64,000 nucleotides of DNA from Rhizaria sp. SCN 62-66 (lineage: Eukaryota). Positions 1 to 14,200 of this stretch are shown in pieces. The position numbers were made by a program, and so were the translations under genes. Below the pieces are notes generated by a model. The model was not told where the DNA came from and did no database searches. It saw only the letters and a list, made by a program, of their open reading frames with translations. The number at the start of each line of letters is the position of its first letter. Within the stretch, counting starts at the first letter, position 1. The stretch lies in assembly GCA_001724265.1 (NCBI GenBank), contig MEDY01000067.1, positions 1 through 64,000 on the forward strand, written 5' to 3'.

Positions 1-158
<158 letters not shown>

Positions 159-721
159 TTAGATGTGAGGAATCTGTTGGAAGGGAGGTGATGAACTTGA
201 AGCACGATGAACGCGGAGCCAGATGCACGCCCCAATGCAAAACAAAGAGCTAAATGGTGTAGAAGGCACATTGAAATACATAGTTCTACACCAAACAGCA
301 CAGTTCCGATGTAAGAAAGCGATCAAATAGCCGTTTACTTGCAAACGGGCAGCATCGACGGTTATGCCCTGAGTTACACGTAATTCAAATTCCGAGCATG
401 AAGCTGTGAACAAAATAGACTCTTCTTAACAAGAATAGATACACGGCAGTTGCAAGTACTAGCATGTCCAGCCACTTTAGCGGGCCATGGGCTGTACAGA
501 CGTTGACTCTGCAGTCAAAGCTTGCCACTGAGCTAGGCCTGCATTCAGAAACCGACGATCATTTTGGCATCGCAAAATGTCGCACAGAATGTGCACGATC
601 GTGTTCTCGCAAAATAATAACAAGTAAACAATCGTGTTTACAAACTTTTGAGCGAAACTTTAGCTTACTGCGCCTTCTGCAAGTCATCATTCAATCAAAT
701 TTGCGCTGAGCTCAACTCCAA

Positions 722-737
722 CCCCCCCCCCCCCCCC
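722..737. repeat. C16 homopolymer (G16 on - strand) in a divergent intergenic region
   Basis: Run of 16 C read directly from the sequence. Confidence 0.9.
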
Positions 738-1030
738 ATTCCGATTGATGGCCGCCTCTCGTCAGCTGCTCCCAGTCAAACGGCTAGTGACCGTGGGATT
801 CGGTGAACTCGACTGAGAAACTAACAAAACATAGATGATGTGGCTGTATCTCTTTGGGTGTGCGATTTATTATATTGTTTTTGTGTTCACCACGATTGTA
901 TTTATATAATGCTGCGATGGCACTTTCATCAACGGAAATTTCACTTTTATTAACCCCGATTTACTAGCTTGAGACAAGAGACTTCAGGTAACAGCACTGC
1001 ACTCGAAGTCACAAAAGCAACTGTACAGGG

Positions 1031-4000
1031 ATGGCCACTAGGCTGACATCAGCGCGACCACGCTCTGCCATTCCAGGGCAACCTGTTGTAACGTTCGCGC
1101 CGCAGGACCAGCTTGTTTCAATTTCTGGTCCCGCACATGGTCCGCAAACAGCTGCTCCTGGCCCTCCTGTGCCTCCTATGCCAACTTCGTCTTCGTCTTC
1201 ATCCTCCTCTGCGGCAGCACCCGCTGCTTCTGCTTCTACGCGTCAGACTCCGGCGTACATGCGTGGCACGACCAGCAGCAGCCATCGCCGTCCCGCGCCT
1301 CCAGATGCTGCCCCTGCTGCTGATAGCAGTGCCCGTAACTCGCGGCCTGCCTCAGCACGTCCGACAAGCACCAACGCTGCTATGAGTAGCGCCAGTACAA
1401 CAAGAGCGGGTGATAACACACAACGGTGTTCACGCCCTGCTACTGCGCGTCCCAGTGCCATTACTGGACACGCGTGTGACGAGCCAATCAGCTCTATGTC
1501 TCTCAGTGTAACTGAACAACAACAGCAGAGCCAGCAACAGAAACAGCAACGGAAACAGCTGCCGCAGCAGCAACAGCGACCCGCTTCGTCCCGCTCCCCA
1601 GCTCGCGTTCCGTCGCACTCACCCGCGCGATCGCACTCCCCGACTTCGGCCACGCGGCCCACGTCCTCTCCAGGCCGGGACCGTGGCCGTGGGATCAGCG
1701 CCCGTGGCAACAGCGCCCGCGGCGGCCGCGCCCCGCCGCTGCCACCGCTGACGTCCCCGGCCAAGAACGCTGGAGCTGCCCAACCGGGCTCTGCGTCCGC
1801 GCGCCGCCCCCGCGGGTTACCACTGCCGCCGCCTGTGGGCAGCGCAGACCGCCGCGGTCCGCACAGCCGCTCTCCGCCCCGCACAGCCGCTGGTGGCAAC
1901 GCCATTTCTTCACCTTCGAGGTCGAACCACCACACCTCCCCTATTAACCGTAAAGGCTCCTCGCTCGCGCACAACCGCGCCGGGGCTTAGAGCGACGGCG
2001 GCTATGCCAGTGCCCGCGATCGTGACGGCGACGGCGCGCCGGGCAGCGAGTCGAATCTGCAACCTCTACCGTCGCCGCTGGAGCCGTGGCGCGAGCCGCA
2101 GCTGCTGGCGACCAACGCGCGCGGGAGCTACACCAACCACGCCGCGGATTCCGCCCGCGACGGTGGCTTGGCCAGTAGAGTATACGACCCGACTGAGCTG
2201 TACGAGCGGACGCACCCGCAGCCGACGGCGCACATCAGCGACGACGAGAACGATCCTGCCACGCCGGTCCGCGGCCGCAACGCCGGTCAGTCCCCGCCGG
2301 CGAGCTATCCGCAGCAACAGCAACACTAGCCACTGCAGCGCACCAGTCTGCCAGCCGCCGCGGCCTCATCTAACTAGTCCGCTACCGGCGCCGGTCACTC
2401 TGTCCCCGGCAGCGGCCAGTCCGACTCTGGCAGCCGCCACAGCAGCCCCGGGCGCCAGGGCCGGTCTCCGTCGGCGCGGCGCACCATGCGGCTTTCGGCG
2501 GCCGACATCCACGCAGTGCGCCGCGACAGCCTCTCGCACGTGCCGCTGAACGAGTTCGGACACGAAGTGGTGACGGACGCGGACCCGTTCGACCGGTGCG
2601 ACCTCGCCCAGCTGACCGCGACGGACCCTGCAGAGGCGGCGACGGCGGAGGCCGCGGGCAACGCGGCGGCGTCGGAGCTGGCGGCTGCCTTCCGCATCCG
2701 CGTTGCCGCCGCAATCGCGCCCTCAGCGGCGGCCGCGCAGACGCTGTCGACGACTGCGAAGCCGCCGCCGACGCCGCGGCCGGGCCGTTTCGCCACGGTG
2801 ACGCAGCAGAACGCCATCGCCGCGGCGCTCGCATCAGAGCAGCAGTGTTCGGCCGCGCACGCTGCCGCGGTCACCGCGTTGCGCGCTCTCTGCGCCGAGG
2901 CTGTCGCAGCAGCTACTACGGCCGTACGCGCGCGCGCTGTTGCAGAAGGCGAGGCGCGGGCACAGCGGCGGCGCGCGTAGCGTTTGCAGAGCGAGGCGCT
3001 CAAGCAGAGAAGGCGCGCGGGCGCTATGCAGGCCGCGCTGCTCCTCACTGCTATCGCTGCCAGGCGTGCCAAGGCTGCCGGGCCTGCTCAGACGCAAGTT
3101 GCACAGGAAACGCACTTTGGCAGCGCGGGCGCAGTCAATGGCAGCGGTGCGAGTCGTGCTATCTTGGGCTCCAACGCAAGTGCGTCTAGTTTCCAGTCTG
3201 ACATGGCGCTGCTCACAGTGACTGCGCCCGCCAGAGCCGCCGTTGCGGGTGCTGCTGGTGCGGCGGGCGATGAGGACGAGAACTACGGCCACGAGAACAT
3301 CTCGGTGCCGGATGCGCTCAACAACAGCGCCGCAAGAGGCTATCCCGCCGGCAACGGTGCGATAGACTCGCCCCGCCAAGGCGCCAATCGGGTTGGCGTC
3401 TCCCACATGCCTGCGCAAGCGCGCAGTGCCGCGACGCCAGGTCGCGTGGTCACACCGCCTCCTTCGCTGCTGTTCTCAGCGTCGGCCCGTAACACTGCAC
3501 ACCCCGATGCGCAACGCGCCGATCCCGTCGCCGCCGTTGCGCAGCTTGAGCTTGCTAATCATCAGCTCAAGTGCACTCTGGCGGCTGCGCGCGTGCGGCT
3601 GGGTACGCTTGGGTTGGAGCAAGCGCGCAAGAACGAGTACCGCATGGTGCTTGCCGCTGTCGGTGGCGCCGTTTTGCTGAACAAGATGCGCGTGCGCGGC
3701 GTGCTTTCGGGTGCTTATGGAACTCTGGCTTCTGCAATCGACGACGTCACCGGTGAGGCGCTACGCCGCAAGACTAGGACCGCCGCAGGCACAGCTTCTG
3801 CGCCTGTGAGCACCAACGGAGCCACGCAGAACACTGCGGCTGAGGTAAGGTCCCGGTCTCCCTCTCCTGTCCTCGCATCTTCATCTACGTCTGCGTCTAC
3901 TTCTGCTTCGGCGACGCGTCCCCGCTCTCCGACGCGCGGCAGATTGCCAACGCGCGCGCATTCGCCGTCGCGCGTGCCCACGCGGCTATCGGCGGCTGCA

Positions 4001-4966
4001 GTTGCAGCCACCGCGATGCCGACTCTAGCGCAGTCGCAACTGCGGCAGCTGCCGGAGGTGTCGCAATGGTTCGACACCCGTCCCGAAACGGAACATGAGC
4101 TCAAGCTCGCTCAATCGCACATCGCTCACACGCATGCACCGCCGCAGGCTGTATCTGACAAGCCTCCCCCGCGCGCGTCGTCGCCAACGTCTCCAGCAGC
4201 ACTGCTATCCAAGCCCGCACGTCGTCCCCGTGGACCGGCGCCGTCGCTACACAAAACGGCCATCGCGGTCGCTGCTGCGGCGGTGGCGGCGGCCGCTGCA
4301 GTGCGTGGCGCAACTGACGCGCGTGACACGGCTACGCGCGCGGCGGCATGGGAAGGCGCACGTGCTGCAGAGCTCAAGGAGCAGCTCCAGGCGAGCGCAG
4401 CGCGCATCGAGGCACTCGAAGCTGTTGCTGCGAAGCTACGCTCGCAGATTGATGACGGCGAATCGCGCGAGCAAGCGACGCGGCTTGAGCTAAAGCGCGT
4501 GCTCACAGCCCGCAAGAAGCCACTCGTGCCGGGCGGGTTTGGGCGCGGCCCGGTGACGGTGGCGCCGCAACCATGGTACCTCGCGACCACAGGCGGCGTG
4601 ACGTATCGAGACTACCGTGAAATGACAGGGCCGATGGAGGGCGAACCTCAGTCCGGCCGCAGGGGACGCAGGTATGACGCTGGTGTGGGGTTGGCTGCTG
4701 AGGTGCGCGAAGCGCAGCAACAGAAGCACCAACCGGTGTCACCGAAGGCACAGGAGCCACCCACTGAGTCTGCGTCAACTTCATCTGATCCTGCACCGGC
4801 AGCGCCTTCTGTTTCCGAGGCTGTGACAGCGCCTGAGGAGTCACCAAATGATCGGGGTGAGTATGCGCCTGAACACGGGGCTGCAAGTGCGAACAAGAAC
4901 TCGTACATAATAGTGATTGATGAGCCTGCTGTTATCGCCGAAGTTGCTGCAGTCGCAAGTGATTAA
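1031..4966 (+). CDS. Unknown 1311-codon protein: Pro/Ser/Arg-rich disordered N-half, predicted coiled coil in C-half, four in-frame TAG
   Basis: ORFs 1031-1990, 2486-2980 and 2984-4966 share one frame. The only interruptions are TAG at 1988, 2327, 2375 and 2978. Coding-like GC-rich sequence runs from the ATG after the AT-rich spacer to TAA 4964-4966 (followed by TGA) before the next AT-rich spacer. Confidence 0.8.
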
Positions 4967-5239
4967 TGAAACAGTTATATGCTTAAAATGTACATTTAGT
5001 TAAATTGATGAAGTGGAGAGTTCACTTTTTGAACATTAGAATACATAATACTTGTTGATATTGATTACTACCAAGAAAATACTGGCGGCAAAAAGTGTTA
5101 AAAAAATAGAAATGTATTGGTCACGCAAATCAAGTGGCGTTTCAGATGGTATGGACTACAGTAACTCGTGTAAAGGTTCAATTATGAAAGTATGAAGATG
5201 ATTCAAGCAAAATATGTTTGCATGGTGCAATGTAATGGA

Positions 5240-8200
5240 TTATTTCTTGGAGCCGCCCTTAGCTCCTGCAGCGCCCTTACGCGCCGCAACAACGGGTGCA
5301 GCGGCAGAGCGCCCGCGGCGGGCCGGAGCAGCAGAACTCGGTGCAGGACCGCGCCGTCCGCCGCGTAAAGTGGGGCCTTCGTCCTCGCTCTCCTCGTCAG
5401 AGTCGGCGTCGACCTCGCCGGACTTAGCCTCGGCGTCGCTATCGGCGTCAGACTCAGCGACAGCAACGCTTGAGTCGCTGTCGTCGTTGTTGTCAGCGTC
5501 ACTGTCAACGAGCTCGGCGGTGTCGCGTCTACTGCCCTTCCGAGTGGGAGCGACAGTGGGCTTGGCACTGCGGCCGCGTGCAGCAGCAGGACTTGCAGCG
5601 GGAGCAGTCGCCGAAGCACCGCGTCCACGGGGACGTGCCGGCGTTGCAGCCGCAGCAGCGCTCGTCTTCTTGCCCTTGGTCGCCACAGGCGCAGTCTTGC
5701 CGGCGTCAGCGTCGGTGTCACTGCCAGAGTCAGATGAGAGTACAGCGGCATCGTCCGCGTCGCTGCCATAGTTGACAACGACTGGGTCGTTGCTTGAGTC
5801 ACTCAGCAGCGACACAGCGGTTGCTGCGGCCGCGTTCTCTGCCTCGTCATCGTCGGAGTCGTCCTTGCTCTTGGCGCCCTTTCTAGCCCCAGACTTGCCC
5901 GCCACAGCGGCAGCCTTCGAAGTGGCGGCCTTTGTCGCGGCTGGCGGACGTCCACGGCCACGCTTGACAACCGGTGCAAGATCGGTACTCTCCGTGGTGT
6001 CGTCGGGAGGGGCGGCTGACTCAGCCTCGGCTTCAGAGTCCGCGTCATTACCGGGAGCAGGGCGCTTGCGGTTGCCTGCAGTTGCCATCGCTCTCGGTCT
6101 AAAGGTCGTCGCGGGCGTAGACGCGGGGACTGACGCATCAACAACAGCGGGACTATCATCCACCGCAGCAACGGGTGCAGACGCCGTGGGATAGTATGCA
6201 GTTGCTGCGGTGTCAGCCTGCGTTGTGCCAGTCGTTGACGCAGCAGCATACGACGTGCCTGTGGGTGCGTATGCGTAACCCTGAGTTGCAGCGTATGCCT
6301 GAGTCTGAACTTGGGCCTGCGCCTGATCGGGGCTCTGGCCCTGGGACTGAGCGTAAGCAAGCGTCTGCGCCTGTGCATGCGCCTGTGCGGCTGCGGTGTA
6401 CTTCGCAAGCTCTGCAAGCAGCACCTCGTGCTCATATATCTTAGCCTTGAGGTGCAAGTCAACAGCGGTTACCACGGGCGCGGGCCACAAGTGCTGCGCC
6501 TGCACCTGCTGTTGCAGCTGCTCCAGCACGCGAACCGAGAAGAAGAGGTGCGGCGCAGAGCCCACTGCGTCAGCCAGGTGTTGCGACGAGTGCTGCGTCG
6601 CTGCGGTCAGGAGAGTGTCCACGAGCGTAGTCGCTAGCGCCGCGTGCTCTGCCGAGAGAGGCGCGAGCAGCTCAGGCGCAATCGGCGTCGGCGCAGGCGG
6701 CGTGACAGTCGGCACAGCCACAGCGATGGGCATGGGAGCGTTCACCGCAGGCGAAACACCAGCCACAGCAGTCGGCGACATTGCTGACGCGTCACCAGCA
6801 GCAGGCACATCAGTAGTGACGCCGCCCGGGGACATCATCGCCGTGGCCGTGGACGTGGACGGGTAAGTCCCGGCGGAGACCGACGTGGGGACAGAACCAG
6901 AGGCGGCGTAAGCTGCACCCGTGGAGTCGGTCGTGGTCGAACTCGACATCGTTGCGGCTGCACCGGGTACCGTTTGCGCGGTCTGCATGTAACCGTCAGT
7001 GACTGGCGATGTTCCGATGGGCTGCTGTTGCATCTGCTGCATCTGGTACTGTTGTTGCTGTTGCTGGTACGCCAGCTGCTGCTGTGAGTAGGCCATCTGC
7101 TGCTGCTGCTGCTGCGGCGGCGGCGGCGGCGGCGGCTGCGGCTGCTGCTGTGGCTGCTGTTGCTGCTGTTGCTGCTGAAGCAGCATCGCAGAAGTGGCAG
7201 TGTACGCATGTGCCGCGGCAGGGACGTTACTCACGCTCGAAGGCGGGCCGACAAAGCAGCAGCCAGGAACGGCCGCTGCAAAGGCCGCAGACAACGCACG
7301 CACCATCAGCCCACCGTCAGCATCGTTGACGGGCACAGCAGGGGATGCCTCCGCCTCAGCCTTGGCTGCGCGCACGGCGGCAGGAAGCGTCGCAGCAATC
7401 GCGGCGATCGCACTCAACGGAAGCTCAGAAAGCAAAGCACCGACGGTCACGAGCACGGCAGGAGGAGGCGTGCTGCCAGGCGTCAACGCCGAGGTCGCGG
7501 CGGCCATGGTCGTCTGTGGCAGCATCATCGGCAGCAGCGGGTGCGACGCAGCAGTCGCGGGTGCCACCGTAGAGTCAACAGCGACAGAACCAGTCGGGGT
7601 CGCAACGGCTGACGGCGCAGTAAGCGGGGCAGTTGCGATGATCGCGGCGACCAGAGAAGCAGCAGCAGTTGCGGCGGCAGCGACGGGATCGGCAGTCACG
7701 ATGGCGGCCGCAGCAGCGCCAACGGAAACAGTCGCCTTCTTGCCCTTCGCACCCTTCCCGGCGACAGCGCCCGCCTTGCCCTTGCCCTTGGCAGGCGCGG
7801 GGAGCGCGGACGCGGCAGTGCCATCGGTCATAGCGACTGCGCGCTGGCATGCAGCGAGGAGCGCGCGCACGGCAGCGGCGGCGGCAGGCGCGGTGGCAGC
7901 CGTGGCAGATAAGTATCGGCTCTCAGCAGCGGACAAGGGAGCGGCTCCAGTAGACGCAGTGACCACGGGAGCGGGCGTAGCAGTCGAGTACTTGTAGAAC
8001 GAATAACGCGCGACTGACTCGGCGGTGGCGTCGGCGGCCGCCGCCTTCTCGCGGCCAAACAGCAGCGCGCGCGCAGAGGTACCCGAGCCGGAGGCGATTG
8101 CGCCACCGACGGTGGAGGCCGGCGAGGGAGCAGGGCCCGTCACTGCGCTAGTGCTGGATGTCGCTGGCGCAAGAGACCACACACCGCTCTCGCCCACGGT

Positions 8201-11200
8201 CGTGGCCGCGAATGAACCAGCTGAGGAGCCAGCAGCCGAGCCTGCAGTAGAGCCCGCGGCCAGCGACGCCGCAGAAGGCATCGACGGCGACAGAGGGAAT
8301 AGGCCCGGAACGCCAGAGCCAGTGGCGCTGGCGGGGCCGGAGCCAGGGAACGACGGGGAGACGAGCGGCGAGTGGCCACTAGCGCCAAGGCCCGCGGCCG
8401 CGACGGCGATCGAAGACGGCTTGCGTGCACGCTCAGAACGCGGTCGCGCCTGAGATAGCGGCGAAGACAGTGGCGTCACCGAGCCCGCGGGTGCGGTGGC
8501 GAGTGATGCCGTGGACGCAGTGGCGTCGCCGGCAGCATCAGCGACGACGGAGCCACTGCTTGTAGAGGGCAACAGCGAGGGCAGCGCAGTTGCAGAGGGC
8601 GTCGAAGCAGCAGCTGCAGCAGCAGCCGCGGCGGCAGCAGCCTTACCCTTACTAGTGCCCGCCGTCGTAGTGCTCGGCGTGGCGGCGGGAGCGGCGCCGG
8701 CGCCCATCATAGACTGCACAAGAACCTGTGCCGTGTGGTACATGAGCTCGATCCGCGGCACGGCGGAGGCGACGGCAGCAGCGGCGGCGCGAGCCGGCGC
8801 GGGGCCCATCGCGACCATCGCAGTCGCAACGCCGCCTGAGCCAGTTGTCCCGGCACTGGAGCCGGAGCTCGCCGCGGGGACTGCACCCGACACTCCAGCG
8901 GCGGAACTAACAGAGAGGAGAGACAGGGAATGCATAGCGCTGCCAACGAGGCGTCCACGCACACGCGCAGCGGCAGCTCCAGCAACAGCGCCTCCAGCGG
9001 CAGCAGCGGCACGTGCGGCGGCGAGAGCATTCTTGTAGCCAGCGGCAGCGGCGCGGACGCGAGAAAGCGCGCCAACTGCAATGCGGAGCGGTGCGAGGTG
9101 CGGAGCGAGCGTTGATGCAGGCAGCGGCAGCAGCGAGCTCGCGTTGACGACGCCCGGGCCGCCGGCAGCGGCCAGAGCCTGCGCCTGCGCTTGCGCGTGT
9201 GCGTGCGAGAACCAGGCGCCGGTACCGTGCTGTGACGACAGTGCAACACCGTCTTCGTCCTCACCGTCACCTTCGCCGGTCATACCTGCAGACTTGAGAT
9301 GGGGGCCAGGGGCAGGCGCACGGCGGCGGCGCTTGGCGGGTGGCGCGGCGGCAGCGCCAGGAGCGCCAGCTTCGCCGGAGGCAGCCTCTGCTGAGCCCGC
9401 CTCAACAGGCGCCACAGCAGCCTCATCACCAGCAGTCGCACTGGAAGATGGGTCCGCGTTAGAGCTTGTTGCAGCGGGCGCGGAGGCAAGCGCGGCAGTT
9501 GAGTCCACGTTATCGCTGGAAGTCGCAGCTCCAGGAACGTCAGCCGCGACATCATCGTCCTCGATAAGTGAAATCGTGGCGGATGACTCAGCGGATGCGG
9601 GCGGCATCGGCGGAGCGGGTGGAGCTACGGCCGCGAAGGCCAGCAGGCTGCCGCTAATGCCAATCACCACGCCAGGCGCGGGCGCGTTGGTTGCGGCGGC
9701 GGTCGCAGCCGCGGGACCTGCGCCGGCGGCAACGGTGAGCAGTCCTAACAGCGCACGCGCAGTGTCCGTTGCGGGGAGTCCGTCGTTCTCATCTCCGTCC
9801 ACCGAGCCATCTCCGTTACTCGGCGACAGAGTGTTGGCAGAGGCCGCAATTGACGGGTAGGACGTCGGGTACGCTGGCGGAATAGCCAGATTCGACGGCG
9901 GCAGTGCCGTCGAAGCAGGCGCGGGCGACAGAAGCGTGCTTACAGTACTCAGGCACGCGCGCAGCGCCGCGGTCGCGGGGGCGTACGCAAGGCGCGAGGC
10001 TGCAGCGGCCGCAGACGCGGTGCGCGCGAGCAATGGGGCAAGAGCAGTGATCGTGGGCGCAGGCAGGGCCGTGGTGACCATGGTGGCGCGCAACAGCGAC
10101 GGCGGCGTGTGCCGCGAGCAGAGTGCAACGGCACGGGCCAGCGACGCAAAGCCAGGGCACGGCGCCGGCACGTGTGGCGGGCACAATGCCGCGGCAAGCG
10201 CGGGTCCAGGCGCAGGAGCGGCGGACGATGCAGCGGCAGCGGCTTTCGCGGCCGCAGTTGCACCAGGCGCGGGGTCATCAAACGCGATAGCGGACGACGC
10301 AGACGCCGCAGCAGCAGCAAGGGCAGGCGCTAACGCGGTTGCGAAGGACAGCTGCGGTGCGTTAGAGGAGGACGATGACGAGATGGGCAGCGGTGGCGGC
10401 AAAGACATGTGGCCACCCGCGATCGCGCCGTTACAGATCGGGTGGAAAACAAGCTAAAAATGGAAATATTAACAGAGGAACATAAGTTAAAAGATGTGAG
10501 ATATCAATAAAACATGTGGTCAAGATAATGATGAAGCAGATTTATAAAGTAGGGGGGTTCGTGACGTACGTTACACTTGAAGTCGGTACACTTGATGAGG
10601 AGTCCGCCAGCACGGTGGCAGACGTAACACTTCGTCGCAATCGGTGGCATCGCACCAGCACCAGCAGCAGCAGCCGCGGTCGCTGCAGCCGCTGCAGCAG
10701 CAGCGACGGAGGCCGCAGGCCCGCCAGCGAGCAGGCGCGTGAGATCCTTGAGACCAATCACAGGCTCCAGTGACAGCGGATGGGCGAAGCCGGCCTGTGC
10801 GCCTACGGCGCCCGCGGCCGCAGCCGCAGCAGTGGCAGCGGCAACAGCGGCCGCAGACGAGCCACCAGAGCCGGAGCCTGTGCCAGCGCCGGAGCCCGGC
10901 GTGCCTGCAGCGGCTGCGGCAGCCAGAGCAGCGTTTGCGGCCGCAGCAGCGGCGTCGGCAGCAATAGCGGCCTTCGCAGCAGCTCCAGGCGGCGCGCCGG
11001 GAGCGGCGGCAGCTGTCGCAGCAGCCGCGGCGGCGGTCGCAGCAGCGCTGGCGGACGCAGCGGCGTTGGCGAGGTGGTGCTGCAACGCGAGGGCTGCCGC
11101 TGAGCCAGCCTGGCCAGCGGCGCCTGCAGTGAGCGCGAGCACGACGCCACCTGCCGCAGCGCCGGAAGCGAGCGCGGCCTCGGCAACAGCGTCACCGGCA

Positions 11201-14200
11201 GCCGCGGTGGGGCACACGCCTGCAGCCGCGGCAGCGACGGTCGCAGCGGAGGCGGCGAGGCGTCCGCGCGCGGCAGCGGCCACGAGAACACCCCAGTGTG
11301 CCTCGGCCGGGGACGGGCCCCACGGCGGGCGCGCGCCAGCGGCAACCGCAGCGGCGGCGCCGGGCGCGGGCAGCCGCAGCGTGGTGCCCGGCGCGGCGCG
11401 GGGCGGCGCGTGGTCGCGCGCTGAAAGAAATCCGCCCCACAGCACGCAGGTGAGGTGCGCCCAGCGGCCCGCGGAGCCGGCAACGGGCACGAAGGCCGAG
11501 CCGCCGCGACGCGGGCACAGGATGCAGATCGGTGGGTCCGTGGTCAGCGCCGCAGCGGCAGCCGCGGAAGCTGCGGCAGCAGCGGCGGCGGACGCAGTGG
11601 AAGCGTTTGAAGTAGCCATGACCGCGGTTGTGTTGTTTGATGCGTTAGAGCTCGCGGCCTGGGACGAAGGAGCTGCTGCGGATGCAGCGGCAGCGGCTGC
11701 AGTCGGGGAAGGCAGCGGGGCCTCGCCAGCCACACCAGCTGCGGCACCGGCAGCAGATCCTGCGGCAGCCGTGCCGGCGCCAGATGCGGACGATCCAGCG
11801 GCAGCAGCGCCGCCGCGCCCGACAGCGCCGCCACGGCGCCCGCCGCGGCCGCCACGAGTGCCAGAGCCGGTGCCTGCCCGTGTGACCGCGGCGCCCGCGG
11901 CTCCCGCCGCAGCTGCGGTTGCGCCGTCGGCACCGGCACCGGTGGCAGCGGCGCCTGTCGTGGCGGTTGCAGAGTTCGCCGCAGCGGCCGTGGTGGGCGC
12001 AATCGTGCCGGCCGTGCCTGCGGTCGCGGGAATCGTGGCTGAAGCAGCCGTGGCGGACGAGGAGTGGCACTTGCGGCATCGCCAGAGCGCGAGCGCCGCG
12101 GGCAGCAGCACGGGCGCGGGCGGGGGCGAGGGGATGAGCTCAAGCTGCCGGTGCAGCATGCCGGGGCACCACGGCTGCGCGCAGTCGCACTCGTGCTCGC
12201 CGTCGTAACTGCCGCTCGAGGCCTGGCTCGCACACTGACGCGGGCCGGAGCGACCCCGCATGTGCGCCTCGGCGAGGTAGCCGGAGGCGAACGACAGCGG
12301 GCCGGTGACGGTGAGCGCCGCAGCGGCGGCGGGCGGCAGAGGCTGCGGGAGAGCGCGCGAGAGCGGCTGCGGACGGTACACAGGCGGCGCCGCGTACGTC
12401 AGCGCAGCGGGCAGCGCGGGGAGCGGCGTGCCAGCGGAGGCGGCCGCAGTGGCAGGACCAGCAGACGTCAGTGCCGCGGCAAGAGCGGCAGCAGCGGCGG
12501 GCGGCGCGAGACGCGTGAGCCCGGCCTCCTCAGCAGCCTGCAAAGCAGTCTGCATGGAACCCGCGCCGAAGCGGGCGCGCCGGAGCGGTGCAACCGAGAG
12601 CGTGGTGCCGTCGGCAGCGCGCAGGACCACAGTGCCCAGAGGCAGCGGTGCAGCGGCCTGGGCCGTCGACAACGCTGTAGCCGGGACTGCGCCGGCGCCA
12701 GGTGCCGTGGTGACAGAGACAGCAGCGGATGCCGCCGCGGCCGCAGCAGCGGCACACAGTGCGGCGAGCTCGGCGGTAGTCACACCGTAGCACTGCGGGT
12801 GTGCTTCGACACCGCATGACTGACACGTCAGCGTCGCGGTAGCTGGGTCACAGCCGTGACCGCGGTCGGCCACCTCGTCAGCGTCGCTGCCATCATGGCA
12901 GTGGGCATGGCAGGCGGGAGCGGCAGTGCCTAGTCCGTAGATCGCTCCAGAAGCGAGCTGACCACGCAGGTACACGGCCAGCGGCGCGGGGGCAGACAGC
13001 GGCGTAAGCGCGGGCAGCGAGGGGGGCAGGTTCTGTGAGCGCGCACGCTCACGGAAGGCCGCGGCAAGGCGGCGACGTTCGGCGCGAGGTAACGCGCTGA
13101 GGTCGGGAATTGTGCTTGCACTACCGAAACCGGCGGAAGAACTGAGGTATCCGACATCAGCAAGCACGTGGCGCCAACAAGCCGCAGCGGCTGCCCCACG
13201 ACGAGAGCGCTCGATTGCGTATGCGTGGGTTTGCGCAGCCCAGGCACGTTGCAGCCGCATAACTGAAGTCATCTCGGCCTGCTTGCGCGCGTGCGTGTCG
13301 CGCGCTGACTCAAAACAAATGGTGCAGCGTCCTGGCTCGCCAGCATCGCACACAGCCATGGGAGGCGGTGAAGAGATCAACGAGCTGACAGCTGACGCCA
13401 AAGTGGCAAGCGAAACCCCGCCGGGCCCTGTGGCGCCTGGAGCCCCGGGCACAGGACTGGGGACACGCGAGAGTGAAAGAGAGCGCTCGAACAGAGGCTG
13501 AAGCACGGTGAGCAGGTGGCGCGCTATCGACAGCTGGCCGCTAAGCCCACCCGTGCTGGAGGCAGCGCCGGGGACAGTGAGGGCGCCGTCGCCCGCAGTG
13601 GACGGTGAAGCGGCGGCGGAAGCGGCAGCAATGGCTGCAGCGGCTGCGGTGGCCGCGGGGCCTGCCGTGAGAGAGAGCAGCAGCAGCCCCGCACCTGTGG
13701 CAGAACCTGCAAGGAGACGGCTAATGTTCGACACGCGCGAACGCACAGCGGCCTGCGCAGAAGCAGCGCGCGCAGCGGCGGCGGCGTGACGTGCGCGCGC
13801 TGCGAGCGCACGCGTAGCCTCGAACTTAAGGCGGCGGAAGCGCATCGCAGCTGCAGGGCTCGCGGAAGATGCGAGAGCGCGCGCGCGGAAGGCGGACTGC
13901 ACAGAACGGCGAAGCTGGCAAAGAGAAAGCGGTGTAATGCGCTCGCAATCATTGGCTGGCAGCGAAAGAATTAGGATATTGGACGGTGCAGCAGCAGTAG
14001 ACGCAGAACGCGCGGCCGGCAGCAGCGACACAAGCACGGGGTTGAGGCTCGAACCGTTAGACGCAACGCGATCAATTTCCGTCGCAGTTAGTGCAAGACC
14101 AACGGTAGCGAAGCGCCGGAACACTGTCATTTGCGCAGCCATATCCACGTAGTCATTGGCAACCAGGGCATCGGGCATCACCTGCCCCAGTGTCTTCGTC

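Noticed and set aside
1031-4966. Three separate small genes, or a pseudogene
   Set aside because: One frame, no AT-rich spacers between the pieces, no frameshifts, and every interruption is TAG. The same pattern recurs in other genes.
10504-10569. TGA at 10504 as the true end of the 6636-aa ORF, with 5240-10408 as a separate gene
   Set aside because: The TGA lies inside an AT-rich GT-AG intron whose removal completes an ePHD finger in frame.
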